Below, piece by piece: positions 36,670 through 48,490 of a stretch of 64,000 nucleotides of DNA (its first letter is position 1; every line of letters begins with the position of its first letter). The stretch lies in the NCBI GenBank assembly GCA_964270895.1, contig OZ185438.1; one strand, 5' to 3'. Position numbers and translations under genes: made by a program. The notes under the pieces were generated by a model, which had not been told where the DNA came from, did not search any database, and was given only the letters and a program-made list of their open reading frames with translations. This DNA is from Podarcis filfolensis (taxonomy: Eukaryota).

Positions 36670-39549
36670 ACATCAATGAAAGCAGAAATTCAGAGTATGT
36701 TTCAGAATTGGACAGCAATGGATTTGTTCCCCGTTCAAAACATTTGAGAGAAGTGGAAGTGACAAGAGCTTGGCATGAATGTGGGGAAAATGCAGATCTG
36801 ATGTTCACATTGATTTCATCATTAATTCTAAAGAGCAGGCGGTTACTATAGTCAGGAAACTAGACAGAAAAGTGTGTGACCTGGACACAAAAGAAGGGTT
36901 AAATGCCTGACTGTGAGCCAAGAAAATATTCATGCAAATTGTCCACCTAAGAGGCAACCCTCTCACCCTGCTCCCCACACCTTGCTTAGTTCAGGTGCAA
37001 TCCAGATGTTTTGGATTACAAATTCCATGAGCTTCATTACATCTTTGCTGCCCCTAGAAAATGGCCCTGGGAGTTGTAGGGCCAAGTGGAAGGGACCTAA
37101 TTGGTGCCTTAATTACAATTCAGATTCCATACCCTTCCGGCAGATGCTGCTGCTGCTGTTGTTTACAAACAGATATGTTAATAGCAATCACACAATTAGT
37201 GTCCAATCTAGGACACCTAAAGGATGTCCATAAGAACTAATCCAAAACTTTTCCAGACATCCTGGGATATGTGTCAAGAAATCTCTTGGACCTTGAAACA
37301 AAAGTCATATTCACATGCTGCATGTGTGTAGGGAATTTCTATGCTGACTCCATTTCAAAGCTACACTTGTTATCTTGCCCTGGTGCCACAAGTTTTTCCT
37401 GTAACCACAATGTGTGGCACACTCTTTTTCACAGAAAGATCCCAACTCGTGAGCAACTGTTTGAATCTAGACTCCACATGATCAGAATACCTGAGAATAC
37501 CTGCCTGCATGGGGAATTTTCTGCAAACAACTGTGTGCAATGCATGGCTGCTATTGGAAGAAGCTGTGATCTCAGGGTGGGGCTGAAAACATGCTCCAAC
37601 TCTGAAATCGACAAAAAGCAGTGTGTGAATAGGGCTTAAGGGGTCGTTACTTCAGAAATAACACAGAGCAGACTTTCTCCCTGGATAAATGACATGGACC
37701 TGGACACCTGCACATGCTTAGGTCAGTCTTTCTGCTTTGTGGAGCTGTCCTCAGCTGCAACCCATCACAATGTCTATACAAAAATAAAACTCATTGGAAA
37801 AACTGCCAAGGACGAACAGGTGGTGTCATCAATACACCACAGAGTGATTTAGCTGCCTTGCCTTGGAATAAACCCCATGAGGTCCACTATCAGGAACCTT
37901 CCCCAGAGCAGTGAGATGCATCCCCTGACTTTTCCTAGAGATTTCCTATCAGGATACTGACCATGCCCACCTCTGATTAGCTGAAGAGCCTTTTGACAAA
38001 AAAGCACAGCTTGGGCTTGTCTGGTGGGGCTGCAATTGTAATGCAATCAAGATAATGACTTCAGAAGGGAGGGAGGATCATAATCAGTAGAGACAGATGA
38101 ACTCCCAAGATAAAAGCATTGTATTTCCATGCAGATGTCCCTCCTAATGAAGAATGAGGAAAGAGCAAAGAAAAAGAAAGGGGGGGGAGCTTTTGAGATG
38201 ACAGCAGAATGATTTTTAAATGGAACTATTTCTGTGTTTTCTGTGCAGTGTAAAGGGAGAGTGAATGGCAATACCCCAGATACCAGCCTGGATCCTACCA
38301 AGCCTCACTTTAGGTGAAAATGTCCATATGTAGCACATAGATCTCCCTTATCTGTTCTGCAATTCAGAGTCTTAGTAGAAATTGCAGAAGATAATATAAA
38401 ATATGCAGGAAACATCCCGGACTCCCTCCAGGCACAGGTTGAGCTCAGTGTCTATGAAAATATTATGCAAATACAAAAATGTGTTTTCTTTTGGGCAAGC
38501 CATTTAACAGGAGCTTTCAGCACCTTGGAAGCCTGAAGAAAAAGAAAGAAAGTAATGATAAATGCAATTTATTTACAAAGGAAGTGCAGGTGGCTGGTAC
38601 AAGGTGCTCATGCTGTGATGCTGGGAATTTCGAGTGTAATTGAGCACCCTTCTTTTCCAAACACAATTGTCTCCCCACCCAGGAAGAGGGTTGCTCCGAG
38701 TCACCTTGCATCCCTTGGGTGGGAGAGAACTCTCTGTATCTGATGCAGTCAAATTTGGTAAAGCCCCTGAGGTTCAGGAATATAGGAACCGGACTTATTC
38801 CAGAACAAAACATTTGTCTGCCTTTCTCAGTACTGTCTAAGCTGAATGGTGGAGGTTCTTCAAGGTCAGCTGATGTCTTTCACATCATTTACTGCCTGCT
38901 CCTTTTCATGGGAGATGTCAAGGATGGAAACAGAGCATCTGCTTTGGATGCAGAAAGTCTCATGTTCAATCTCTGGCATCCGATCCCCAGTCTGAAACCT
39001 GGGACATCTGATGCCAGGAGATGTAGGTAATATTGAGCTAAATGACTCAGTACAGAGCAGCTTCCTATGTTCTCATGTAGGGCTGCCATTACCGGGATTT
39101 CAAAGACGGCACTTTGTCCTGGATCCTGGATCAAACAAAGCAACCCTCTCTTATGCAAACTGGGATCTTCTGCATGCAAAGTATCTTCTCTGCCACTGGG
39201 CTATAGGCCATCTGGGTGGGTGCTCTCAAGTGCACTACACCATAGTTGCAGCTCAGAAAGCAGCATTCAGTAACCAGCACAAAATGATTGCCTAGAGGAA
39301 TTATTGTGAAAATAAGAATTATTTTTTTGAGGGTGGCAACCTTTGTCCTCCCTCAGGGTGCCATATTACTGAAACATGGCAAAGCTCATAGGCAGGCCTA
39401 ATTGGTCTGTAGGGAAAATTCTTCCCTGGCCCTGAATATGGAGACCAATGTAATCCACGGCAAAGTCCAGCAATGGCATGCCACCTGAACTTCAGGCAGC
39501 CTGTAATCCCTGAAATTGAGGGAGGGGGAGAGGAGAATCTAGTGTTAAC

Positions 39550-39899
39550 CAGGGCCGTCTTTACCCAGGAGTGCAAGGGGTGTGGGGCACGTGGGTGCTG
39601 AATTCTGGGGGGTGCCAGGTTCCCGCCGCTGAAGCTGCCTAAGCTCTTAACTATCTTCCTGTTATGAAATAATAAATAATTTTGATCAAGCTAGAAAAAC
39701 AAAATACATATATACCTAGGTATTACCAAAATGTGTACTTACTGTTTCACTAAATGACTTTCGACTTTGTGCGCTCATTTACCAAAGACGCACTGCGCCA
39801 GCGGTGGCGCTTGTCATTCACAACGGTGGGGCTTGTCAGACTTGGGGGCGCTGGGTGGATCTTTGCACCCTGGCGGCGCATATGCTAAAGATTCCCCTG
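39550..39899. mobile_element. Non-autonomous hAT element, family B copy 3
   Basis: TIR cagggccgtcttta / taaagattcccctg (11/14). Perfect 8-bp TSD gtgttaac at 39542-39549 and 39900-39907. Subterminal sequences are shared with 26336-26916. Confidence 0.9.
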
Positions 39900-40429
39900 G
39901 TGTTAACGGATGCCTGGGCACCAGAACAGTCAGTTTTATATGGCCAAAGAGAGGAGCAGAGGAAAAAAGTTATCTCTCTGGTCTGCTCCCAAGCCCTGCC
40001 TGCTCACATGCCTGCAGCTGGGCAAAGGGCTATGCAGGCACATCCTCAGCAAAAGGAGGTGGACGTGCCTTTTTTTTGCCATGCCAAAGCTGAGGGAGGA
40101 GGGGAAGTCCGGCCGCTCCCAGTGAGGCATAGCAAGAATAGACAAGAGAGAGGATTGAGCTGAAGGTCATGTTTGCCATGCATCTGCATATACCCTGAGC
40201 AACACCAATGTCAATGCTGTCAGCTGATCATCCCTGTCGTAAATTAATTAGCTACAGACTTTCTTTTCACCTCCTGTCCTACAGGGCAATCTAGTTCAAT
40301 TTGGAACTGTTCTTCCATTCCTCATAAGCGACTGCCTTTAATACTTCAAAAGGTGGATGATCCCTAAATCAAACTGAGCTGTCAAATTGGTTTCTGATCT
40401 CTGTGAATAATAAAAAAAGGAGTTACACG

Positions 40430-40439
40430 CCATATATGG
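40430..40439. promoter_or_regulatory. Perfect palindromic CArG box (candidate SRF site)
   Basis: CCATATATGG fits CC(A/T)6GG and lies in a repeat-free, TAAT-rich block. Motif match only. Confidence 0.4.
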
Positions 40440-42094
40440 ATTATATATTATTACTATTACCCAAGAAGACCCAGTATCTCAATTAAAAAGACCCTAATCC
40501 TTTTAAATTTGCTGTGAGTAAAATCATTACTTACAGGGGTGACAAATGAATTGCTAATCATGTAATTACTTCAGTACAGAAGCCCTAGAATAAAAATGGC
40601 TTGACATCTAAATGAGGCATAATAAAAACTTACTTAATTTAATAAATTGCTTTATCTCCAATAATTATTTACTTAAAACCAGAATTTGTTGAAAATACCA
40701 CATTAGTTTTAACAATGCCATATGAAGTAAGTGTGCCATTAGAAAAAATTAATTTACAAGATGACACCTTTTTTTTTTTGTTAATAATGAGATATCATTA
40801 TATGGCACTTTCTAGCCATAGACACCCCAAAGGATTTTTACAAATTATAGGCTAGTGCATTAGAGCAGCCATTTAAGCAGGAATATTTATGGGATGAAAT
40901 TTGGAAGCTGAATGATGTTATGCTTGTGAGTTAAAATCGCACAAGTCACTAATCCTAAGAACTTCTCCTGTATATGTAGTATGGGATGCTACATGTCTAT
41001 TCAAAACTATGTCCTATTAAGTTCCAGATATGTGAATCTAGGACTATAGCCTAAAGCACTGGATTTAAAGCTTTTTTTTTTTTTTAGTACTATTGATTTC
41101 AAGGGTAGAGTTAGTCATATAGTAGAGTTAGTCATCTACCGTGCCTCAAAGCTTTTTCTTATGCATTCACCAGCAAAACATGCATTTTAGATGCATGTTT
41201 TACATAAATTACACATTTCTTTAGCCCCCAAAATGCATTTCAATAACTCAGAGAAGTAGCTATTCCATCTGGGAGTTGCATTCTGATCTCCAAGTAAGTT
41301 CAGGAGTGTCAGATTGGGTCAATATATCACACTGGCTATTTATAAATAAGGTCTCATGGCCTTCCTGTCCAGAAACTATGAGCATTCTTAAGTAGTCCAA
41401 GCAGCAGAAACAAAACATCCATCATTCTCTTCCTTGCAGTGGGAAATATGGGACCCTAAGAATGAATAATACAAAACAATGTAACTCAATCTTTGCCACC
41501 CCTGCTGTGCTGGTGTCCTCACCCTGTGCAATTCTTGCATGTAGCTCTTTCACAATGGACCCAAGTCATGGAGCAGAACAAAGCACTTTTTTGGTCTAAA
41601 AGCCTCCAGCTGTCCCTCACCCATAAAGTTTGCATCTAGAGTCAACTGTGACAAATCATATGGTGCTTACTGACACTGGGCTGCAGGGGTGGCGATCTAA
41701 CATGGTTGATAGATGGTAGGGCAAGACACCAGAAATATTTCTAACATTTCAAGACACCAGAAACAAATCTCGGCCATGATTTCACTCTTATCTACTGTAA
41801 TCGCTGAACAAATATGTTAAAGAAAGAGAGACAAGGGAGCAATCAGATTTCAGGGAGAGTCCAAATAGGAGGCCATAATACGTGTCAATAGCAGCACAGC
41901 AGGAGAAAGAAGAACACACACACAAAAACACACAACTAAAGTGTTTTGGCAGCACTTGTAATGTCCCTTCTACTGGAAAAAAAAAAATGCAACAGTGCTG
42001 AACTTTATTCCGAACAGGATATTATAAAAACCTTCTGTCTCTTGTCATCTGTATCAGCTTCTGCCAGCCAGCTATGCTCTCCATTTGTGTATTT

Positions 42095-42345
42095 AATTAT
42101 TCTGTCCTATGTGAACTGCTTCAGTATATTGGATTTTAGTGCATTGATTTCCGACTTTTCAGCCCACTTCTCCAATTCATCAAACGGGGACTCTAGGCGG
42201 AACCTATCCTCCCATGTATTGGTGTTCATTCCCAGCTATATGTTACTCATGAATTTGATTAGCATGCTCTGCACTCCATCGCCTAAGCTGTTAATGAAAA
42301 TATTGAACAGTGTTTGATCCAGAGAAAGCCCATGTGGGTCTCCAA
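42095..42345 (-). mobile_element. Decayed CR1 reverse-transcriptase fragment
   Basis: Minus-strand translation PHGLSLDQTLFNIFINSLGDGVQSMLIKF...ELEKWAEK resembles CR1 RT PQGSVLGPVLFNIFINDL...KFADD...LEKWAE. Contains stops. Confidence 0.8.
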
Positions 42346-43259
42346 ATCAACTCTATGCAACTTTACATGAAAGCATTAATAATAATCAGTATACTTAAAT
42401 AGTTTGCTTAAATAGTCGGAGAAATAATAGTTGGTCAATAATAGACTTGTTTAATTTTGATGGGATCTGAATTCTGTTTAGTTGCATTCCCTTGAATGAG
42501 AACGAGACTTCTATAGCAAACAGAAGGCTTGTCAAATTCTTCTAAATTATGTGCTCTAATGACATCCTGGGCTTCTCCCCACCATGAAGTTAGCAATGGC
42601 TCAGGAGAACCCGCCAAGGCTAGATGCTGCCAATTGTTTCATCAAGTGAAAAAATCTGCCCTATATGCTACGGCAGAGGTTGCCAACCTTTTCCAGACCA
42701 GTGGGCGCAATTCAAATTTTGAGAAAATGCTGTGGGTGCCAGTCACATAACAGCAAGACATGACAAAAATGAGAGAGAGCACAGCAATTCCTGCTTCCCT
42801 ACCTGCTGGATAACTTCACACTTACTACGGGAAGTAAGTCTTGGCTCACTGGTCCTAATTGTGGAGATCACACATAATGATCCCACAATGATGCAGTTGC
42901 TCTCTAGTAACAACAAGGAGCAGTGCCCAGTGCTAGGTAAAATATACTAGGTGGCACACAACTTCTCTGATAGACACAAACACATATGCACTCATCACTC
43001 ATACAAAGATCATAGGCACACATGCATCTTTCTCACAAACTTGCTTTGTACACACACACACACACCTTTACAACCAAGCACACCTCTCCCTTTCTCTTAC
43101 AGACCACACATACATACATACATACATCTCTGCCCTGCTCTCTAGTCAAGAGTGTCTCTATCACAGGCACATAGCATACTTGAGCAACCTCCACGTACAC
43201 ATTCAGAAAAGCCCACACACAGGTGAATGCAATTCCCGTTGCCAGCTCCGCAGAGGTTA

Positions 43260-43365
43260 GTTTTAATGTATTTAAGTTTTAATGTATTTTTAATCTTTTG
43301 TTGGAAACCGCCCAGAGTGGCTGGGGAAACCCAGCCAGATGGGTGGGATAGAAATAATAATAAAA

Positions 43366-43420
<55 letters not shown>
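43260..43420 (+). mobile_element. L2 3' tail with (ATT)n microsatellite
   Basis: gttggaaaccgcccagagtggctggggaaacccagccagatggg closely matches the tail at 11330-11400. Confidence 0.85.
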
Positions 43421-43924
43421 TTCTTCCAAGGTTTGTTGTTCCAAATTGCTTATGGGAAGAAACATGTATCTGCTCAGAGTCCATGCATGTCCTCTCTCAA
43501 TACAATGAGAGGAGTGTTTGCAAATTTAGGATGGGGAAGTAAGTTAGTACACATTCCTTCTAGAGAGGTCTGTAGTGTTTGTGCTGCTTTCCATTAGAAT
43601 TCATGGACAGTGGAATAGATCATAGTACTCTGAGCAGCTTCTGACAAGATCCACCCCACCCATACGTTTTAGCAGAGGATAGCCTGGGAACTAGGAATGG
43701 TGGTTGGCTGTGTGCTTTCAAGGTGATCCAAGACATTATACCCTTTGCTATGCCGAGAATCTTTAACCTCAAGCCTCAATTTAACGTTAAGTCTTTCAGT
43801 TAATTTGCATATCAAATATGTATGTGTGCAGATACATGTCTCTATGTGATTTATTGTCTTTCACATTCATACAAATTGTCCAGGTTGTCTATTTTCCAAG
43901 TAAAATACAATACAGTGCTAGACT

Positions 43925-44020
43925 ATTGTATTTTAATATTTTGTTGGAAGCTGCCCAGAGTAGCTGGGGAAACCCAGCCAGATGGGTGGAGTATAACTAT
44001 TACTATAATAATAGTATAAC

Positions 44021-44062
<42 letters not shown>

Positions 44063-44071
44063 TATTATTAT
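43925..44071 (+). mobile_element. L2 3' tail with (ATT)n microsatellite
   Basis: gttggaagctgcccagagtagctggggaaacccagccagatggg followed by an ATT/ACT array. Confidence 0.85.
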
Positions 44072-44936
44072 TGAATGTTTTGAATTTAACACGGGATTTC
44101 ACCTTAAGATTTCCCCCCTACAAACACACACATGTATGTGTAATGCTCTCCGGACTGTTTTATGCCTCTGAAATTTCAGCAAGAACATCTTATTTAATTA
44201 TTTGTCAAATTTGGATGACTGCCCATCAACATATGTTTTCTGAGTGTTTTTCAGCACATCAAATAAACTACAGCAGTACAATAAAAACAGCAAAATGCAG
44301 TTCCTTTCCAGCAGCAAAAAATAAAATAAAATAAACCAATTTGCAGCTCAAATTATAAAGTGAACTATAACTCATTTTAAAATAATGAGGAATTGGCCAG
44401 GAGTTGCTTTCCTTTACCTTGCTTGAGTTCACTTCTAAATGTAAAAATGCAGAGAGGGAGGGGACAGATACAAGCTGTAGCAAAATATTGTTTGGGTGCA
44501 CTGGTGAAGCATAGAAAGTTGGGTGATTTCTCATCATATCACAAAAGGCCCTTCAAGAAATAGGGTCTATCGTGGTATGGGGAGAAAATCATTCATTCTG
44601 TATGGTGATCCAAGTGTATTCGCAAATGGCTTGCCATAAGGAATAACTACGTGAGACTTGCCTCCATGAATAGCAGACATTAGGCAGTACCAAGAAGATG
44701 TCTCTCCTGTTGTGCTGTCAGAACACTGTATACCATGGTTATCCAGATATTGATGAAGTCCAATACCCATCAGCTCTAGCCATTATGGTCAATGGTCAAG
44801 GATGCTGGCAGCTGTAGTCAGACAAGAAGTGGAGGGCCACATCTTTCGGTTTTCCAGCTCTGTATTGGAGAATGCTACAACTAAATGCAAAGCCATTTAC
44901 ACTAGTGAAAAGTCAGCACTTAGGTAGGGGGCTAAG

Positions 44937-45087
44937 CAGTGCTTTTTTCTTTTAAAAAAATGTTTAGGGGTACTCTCATTTTCCTACTCATATTGAAATG
45001 CTGCCCCTTAATGAGGCCAAACTTAGATTCACATAATGTTTAGGGGTATGTGTACCCCTGCGTCCCCCCCAGAAAAAAACAACACTG
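44937..45087. mobile_element. hAT-type MITE
   Basis: Ends cagtgctttttt / aaaaaacaacactg. 8-bp TSD gggctaag / gggctatg (7/8). Internal aatgtttaggggta occurs twice. Confidence 0.75.
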
Positions 45088-45545
45088 GGGCTATGCATAT
45101 TGCCTTTTCTGCTTGATCTTCTCCTGCTCATTCTTCCTCCAGCAGCCACATCGCTGAGGAAGCCTTTATTACTAGGTTTAATAATGCCAACGAAAGGGGC
45201 TGGTTGTAAGAGATTGGGAATGGATGCTGATGCAACATTCACCGCGATCACTCAATTATTATAGAATTTCACTGTAAGGAACCCAGCTTGGTTCATCATC
45301 ACTCTTAAGGCTCCCCATGCAGAATTCTTGATTGGGTTGGCATTCAAGCGGTTCTGTTTTATTATAGTGGAGCACTGTCAAATGCCATTATACTTTTTCA
45401 CACCAAAATGTTGAAGAATATTATGACATTCTTCAAAATGTTGAAGACTATTATAAGCAAGACAAAATTTAAATACTGGCATATTTAAAACAAACAGCAA
45501 TGATCTGTAATATGAGTTGATGATCACTTATATTAAAACCTGAGG

Positions 45546-45670
45546 AGAATCATAGAATCGGAGAGTTGAAAGGGACCCCAAGAGTCATCAAGCCCACAGC
45601 TGTCCCTGGGTGGGCTTGAACCACCAACCTCCTAGTTAACAGCCAGACAAACTGTCCCACTGTGCCTTTC
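45546..45670 (-). mobile_element. SINE with tRNA-Asn(GTT)-like head and CR1-derived tail
   Basis: Minus strand ggctgttaactaggaggttggtggttcaagcccacccagggac matches the tRNA-Asn anticodon arm to 3' end; tail gggcttgatgactcttggggtccctttcaactctccgattctatgattct. Confidence 0.8.
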
Positions 45671-45751
45671 CCTCTGGAAAAAGCCCCAGCAGTGTTGGGG
45701 GAGTAAATCTAATCCTCAAAGGGTGGCAATAATTATCGCTATCTAGTTTAA

Positions 45752-45880
45752 GCTCCTTCATGGATCACTGCCTTGTCGTGGCGAAGGGGCTTGAATAACT
45801 CAGAGAAGCTATGAGCTCTGCCGTGCAGGGCCACCCAAGATGGACAGGTCATAGTGGAGAGTTTTGACTAAACGTGATCC
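45752..45880 (+). ncRNA. Predicted HDV-like self-cleaving ribozyme fold
   Basis: P1 GCUCCUUC 45752-45759 / GAAGGGGC 45783-45790; P2 GGAUCAC 45762-45768 / GUGAUCC 45874-45880; P3 GCC/GGC closing the 7-nt L3 UUGUCGU; branched P4; candidate catalytic C45868 in CUAAA. Confidence 0.65.
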
Positions 45881-46052
45881 ACCTGGAGCAGGAACCGGCA
45901 AGCCACTCCAGTATCCCTGCCGAGAAAACTCCATGGACAAAGACAACTTTGACCAAACTGCGGGAGGCAGTGGAAGACAGGAGTGCCTGGCGTGCTCTGG
46001 TCCATGGGGTCATGAAGAGTCGGACATGACTAAATGACTAAACAACAAGAAC
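45753..46052 (+). mobile_element. Internally deleted BovB/RTE derivative (5' UTR fused to 3' end), about 300 bp
   Basis: 12-bp TSD atctagtttaag at 45741-45752 and 46053-46064. 5' catggatcactgccttgtcgtggcgaagggg and 3' ggtccatggggtcatgaagagtcggacatgactaaatgactaaacaacaa resemble BovB ends. gagtcggacatgact matches the Sauria SINE tail at 23292-23306 (14/15). Confidence 0.9.
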
Positions 46053-46497
46053 ATCTAGTTTAAGATCTACAAAATTTAGATTACCAAAACCCGAGACAAA
46101 ATGGCAGTGTTCAATAGAAACCAAGAAAAACACAGAAACCACACCAGACTAGTTTATTAATCCAAGCAGCATTAATCTTATGCCTGATATATTTCAAGGT
46201 AAAACTTCTTCATTGGTGAAGGTAAGCAATCAACATGTATAATAAGTTATTTACAGTACCATCTTACATCTGTCAGCTCAGCAGTGTGTCCTACTGAGTT
46301 CAAGGGGACTTACTGGAGAAGGTGTTATTAATATTAGCAAGTCTCACTGCACTCCTCAGCACTCCTCCAAGGGAAAAAGTCACAGTGAACACAGTGGGGA
46401 TTATTTCCAAGCAAGTATCTTGTATGCTTGTTGATCACAGTCAATGAAATTCCCTCAAATGCAGTTTTGAATTGCCCAGACAAGCAGGGACCTTTCT

Positions 46498-47284
46498 TAG
46501 GATGGATGATCCTGTCAGTTATAACTTCTCTCAGTTTCTCAGTCTTTCAGTTCAGTTCCTCTCAGAGTTCAAGCTCACCACATTTCTCCATCAATTAGTG
46601 AAATTTAATTTTTTATCCTAATAATAATAATAAATTTTTATGTGTATTCTGCTCTCCCCGGCTGAGGCCGGGCTCAGAGCAGCTAACATAATAAAAACAA
46701 CACAATAAGCATAAAAACAGACATCAATTAATTAAAATACATCTTAAAATTAATTCAGACAAGTTAAAATCCGGGCAGGTGGCAATTGAGAGTGGTTAAT
46801 AACTGCTAGGACCAACTGTTTCCACTGATCATACAAGGACCTGTGAGTGGGTTGGGGGCCTCCTTTGGGCTTGTTTTATACAAAGGAAAGTAACTGCATC
46901 CTGCCCAAAGGCCTGGCAGAACATTTCCGTCTTGTAGGCCCTGCGGAAAGATGTCAAATCCTGCAGGGCCCTAGTCTCTTGTGGGAGAGCATTCCACCAG
47001 GCCGGGGCCACGGCCAAAAAGGCCCTGGCTCTATTCGAGGCCAGTCTAATTTCCCTGGGGCCCAGGGTCTTCAAGGTGTTGTTACACAAAAGTTTCCCTA
47101 ATATAATGCATTTTTATGCTATATGTTTTTATATGCACTCTTTCCCCCAATATGTTCTTACGCGTGCATTTTTGGTTAGAGAACTGCATCACAAAATGAG
47201 AGAAGTGTGAATTTTGAAAGATAGTTGAGTTTGTTTGCATATTGTTTCAAGAATAAGAAAGGCAAAGTGAACTGGATTCCTCTA
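46498..47284. mobile_element. Decayed MITE family C copy, split by a reverse-oriented L2
   Basis: Left part 46498-46616 resembles 10351-10450 and right part 47097-47284 resembles 11456-11590. No clear TSD. Confidence 0.55.
46620..47080 (-). mobile_element. L2 3' fragment (different subfamily tail)
   Basis: Minus-strand translation TLKTLGPREIRLASNRARAFLAVAPAWWNALPQETRALQDLTSFRRAYKTEMFCQAF is an L2 ORF2 C-terminus. (TTA)n tail at about 46620-46640. Confidence 0.85.
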
Positions 47285-48294
47285 GCCGTTTCCTAACCAT
47301 TGTCTGGCTCAGGTAGCATAGCCCTGGCGACTTTAAATTCTCAGCAACACATTCTCTCTATCTGCTCTTGATTTAGGGATGTGCAGTGTATCTTCCAATA
47401 CAAATTTGTTTCTGTTCTTGCCTGCTCTCATTATTATTTATTATTTCTAAACCTAGTCTGCTGTACATGTTCCAGATGAGTAGGCAAGCTTGTGAAATTC
47501 CGGGGAGCAACGCTGCAGACACATTGTAACAATTTATATTCTGAATTTAAAAATTGAGAATTATCCATTGACTTCACCTTTTTATTGCACTTACATAAGT
47601 AGAATATAGTGCACATGTGTTCTGCAGTTACCAAGGGTGTTTCTGTATCAGCTCACGACAGCCCTTGTGGCAGCGGAGGGCAGGGGGGAGAGATGTGTCC
47701 TATTTCACACAGGGCAGTCCTCTGTTTAAAGGAGTGCTTGCTATAAAGATAACAAATCATAGAAGGGGAACTAAGGGCCATGGAATTGCCCACCGGCAGT
47801 TAGCATCTCAATTGAACAGGCACACAGGTCAATTGGTCATGGTCTTCCAAACTATGATGAGATGTGTTTCTGTTAAAATCATTGGGTTGTACCTAAGTCA
47901 GAGTAGGCCTATTGGAATCAATCAACTTAACTAACAAGTCCGTTGATTTAAACAGGCCTCATCAGAGCATTCTTTACTCAGATATACATAATTCTTCCTA
48001 AAGCTGCATCTATGCATACCAAATATCATATGCATTTCTTTATTTAGTTTACAAATCTGTGTATTACTTTTTGGAGATGCAAAAGTGGCTGCCCTATCCT
48101 TCTTTCATCCACAAATGGAGCGTTTCCTTCCTTCCTTCCTTCCATCCCTCCATCCCTCCTTCCCTTCTTCTTCTTCTACTACTACTACATCTTATAGTTC
48201 TGCCCTTTTCCTAAAGGAGTCCAAGTCAATCACCCCAATGCCAAAAACCTTTGGAAACATTCTAAAAACAGGTAGACATTCTTTCAACCAGTGA

Positions 48295-48490
48295 TTTCAG
48301 GACTGGCAGGAACAGTATGAGAAAAAAAGGAATGTTTTCAGATTCCTTCAGGAAGTCGAGAATGAGAAAGGCAGATGCACCTCACCAGAGAGGGCATTCC
48401 ACAAACAGGAAACCCCCTCTGAAAAGGCCCAGATACGGGTCAAGGCCAAGCAGGCAGTCGCAATAGTGGCACCACCAACAAGGTGTGATC
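48295..48490 (-). mobile_element. Decayed L2 3' fragment
   Basis: gagggcattccacaaac...ctgaaaaggccc is the reverse complement of the RAFSV...LWNALP region. Confidence 0.55.

Noticed and set aside
38927-39215. Convergent pair of tRNA-Ala SINEs as a dsRNA hairpin
   Set aside because: Both copies are too decayed for long continuous pairing by eye.
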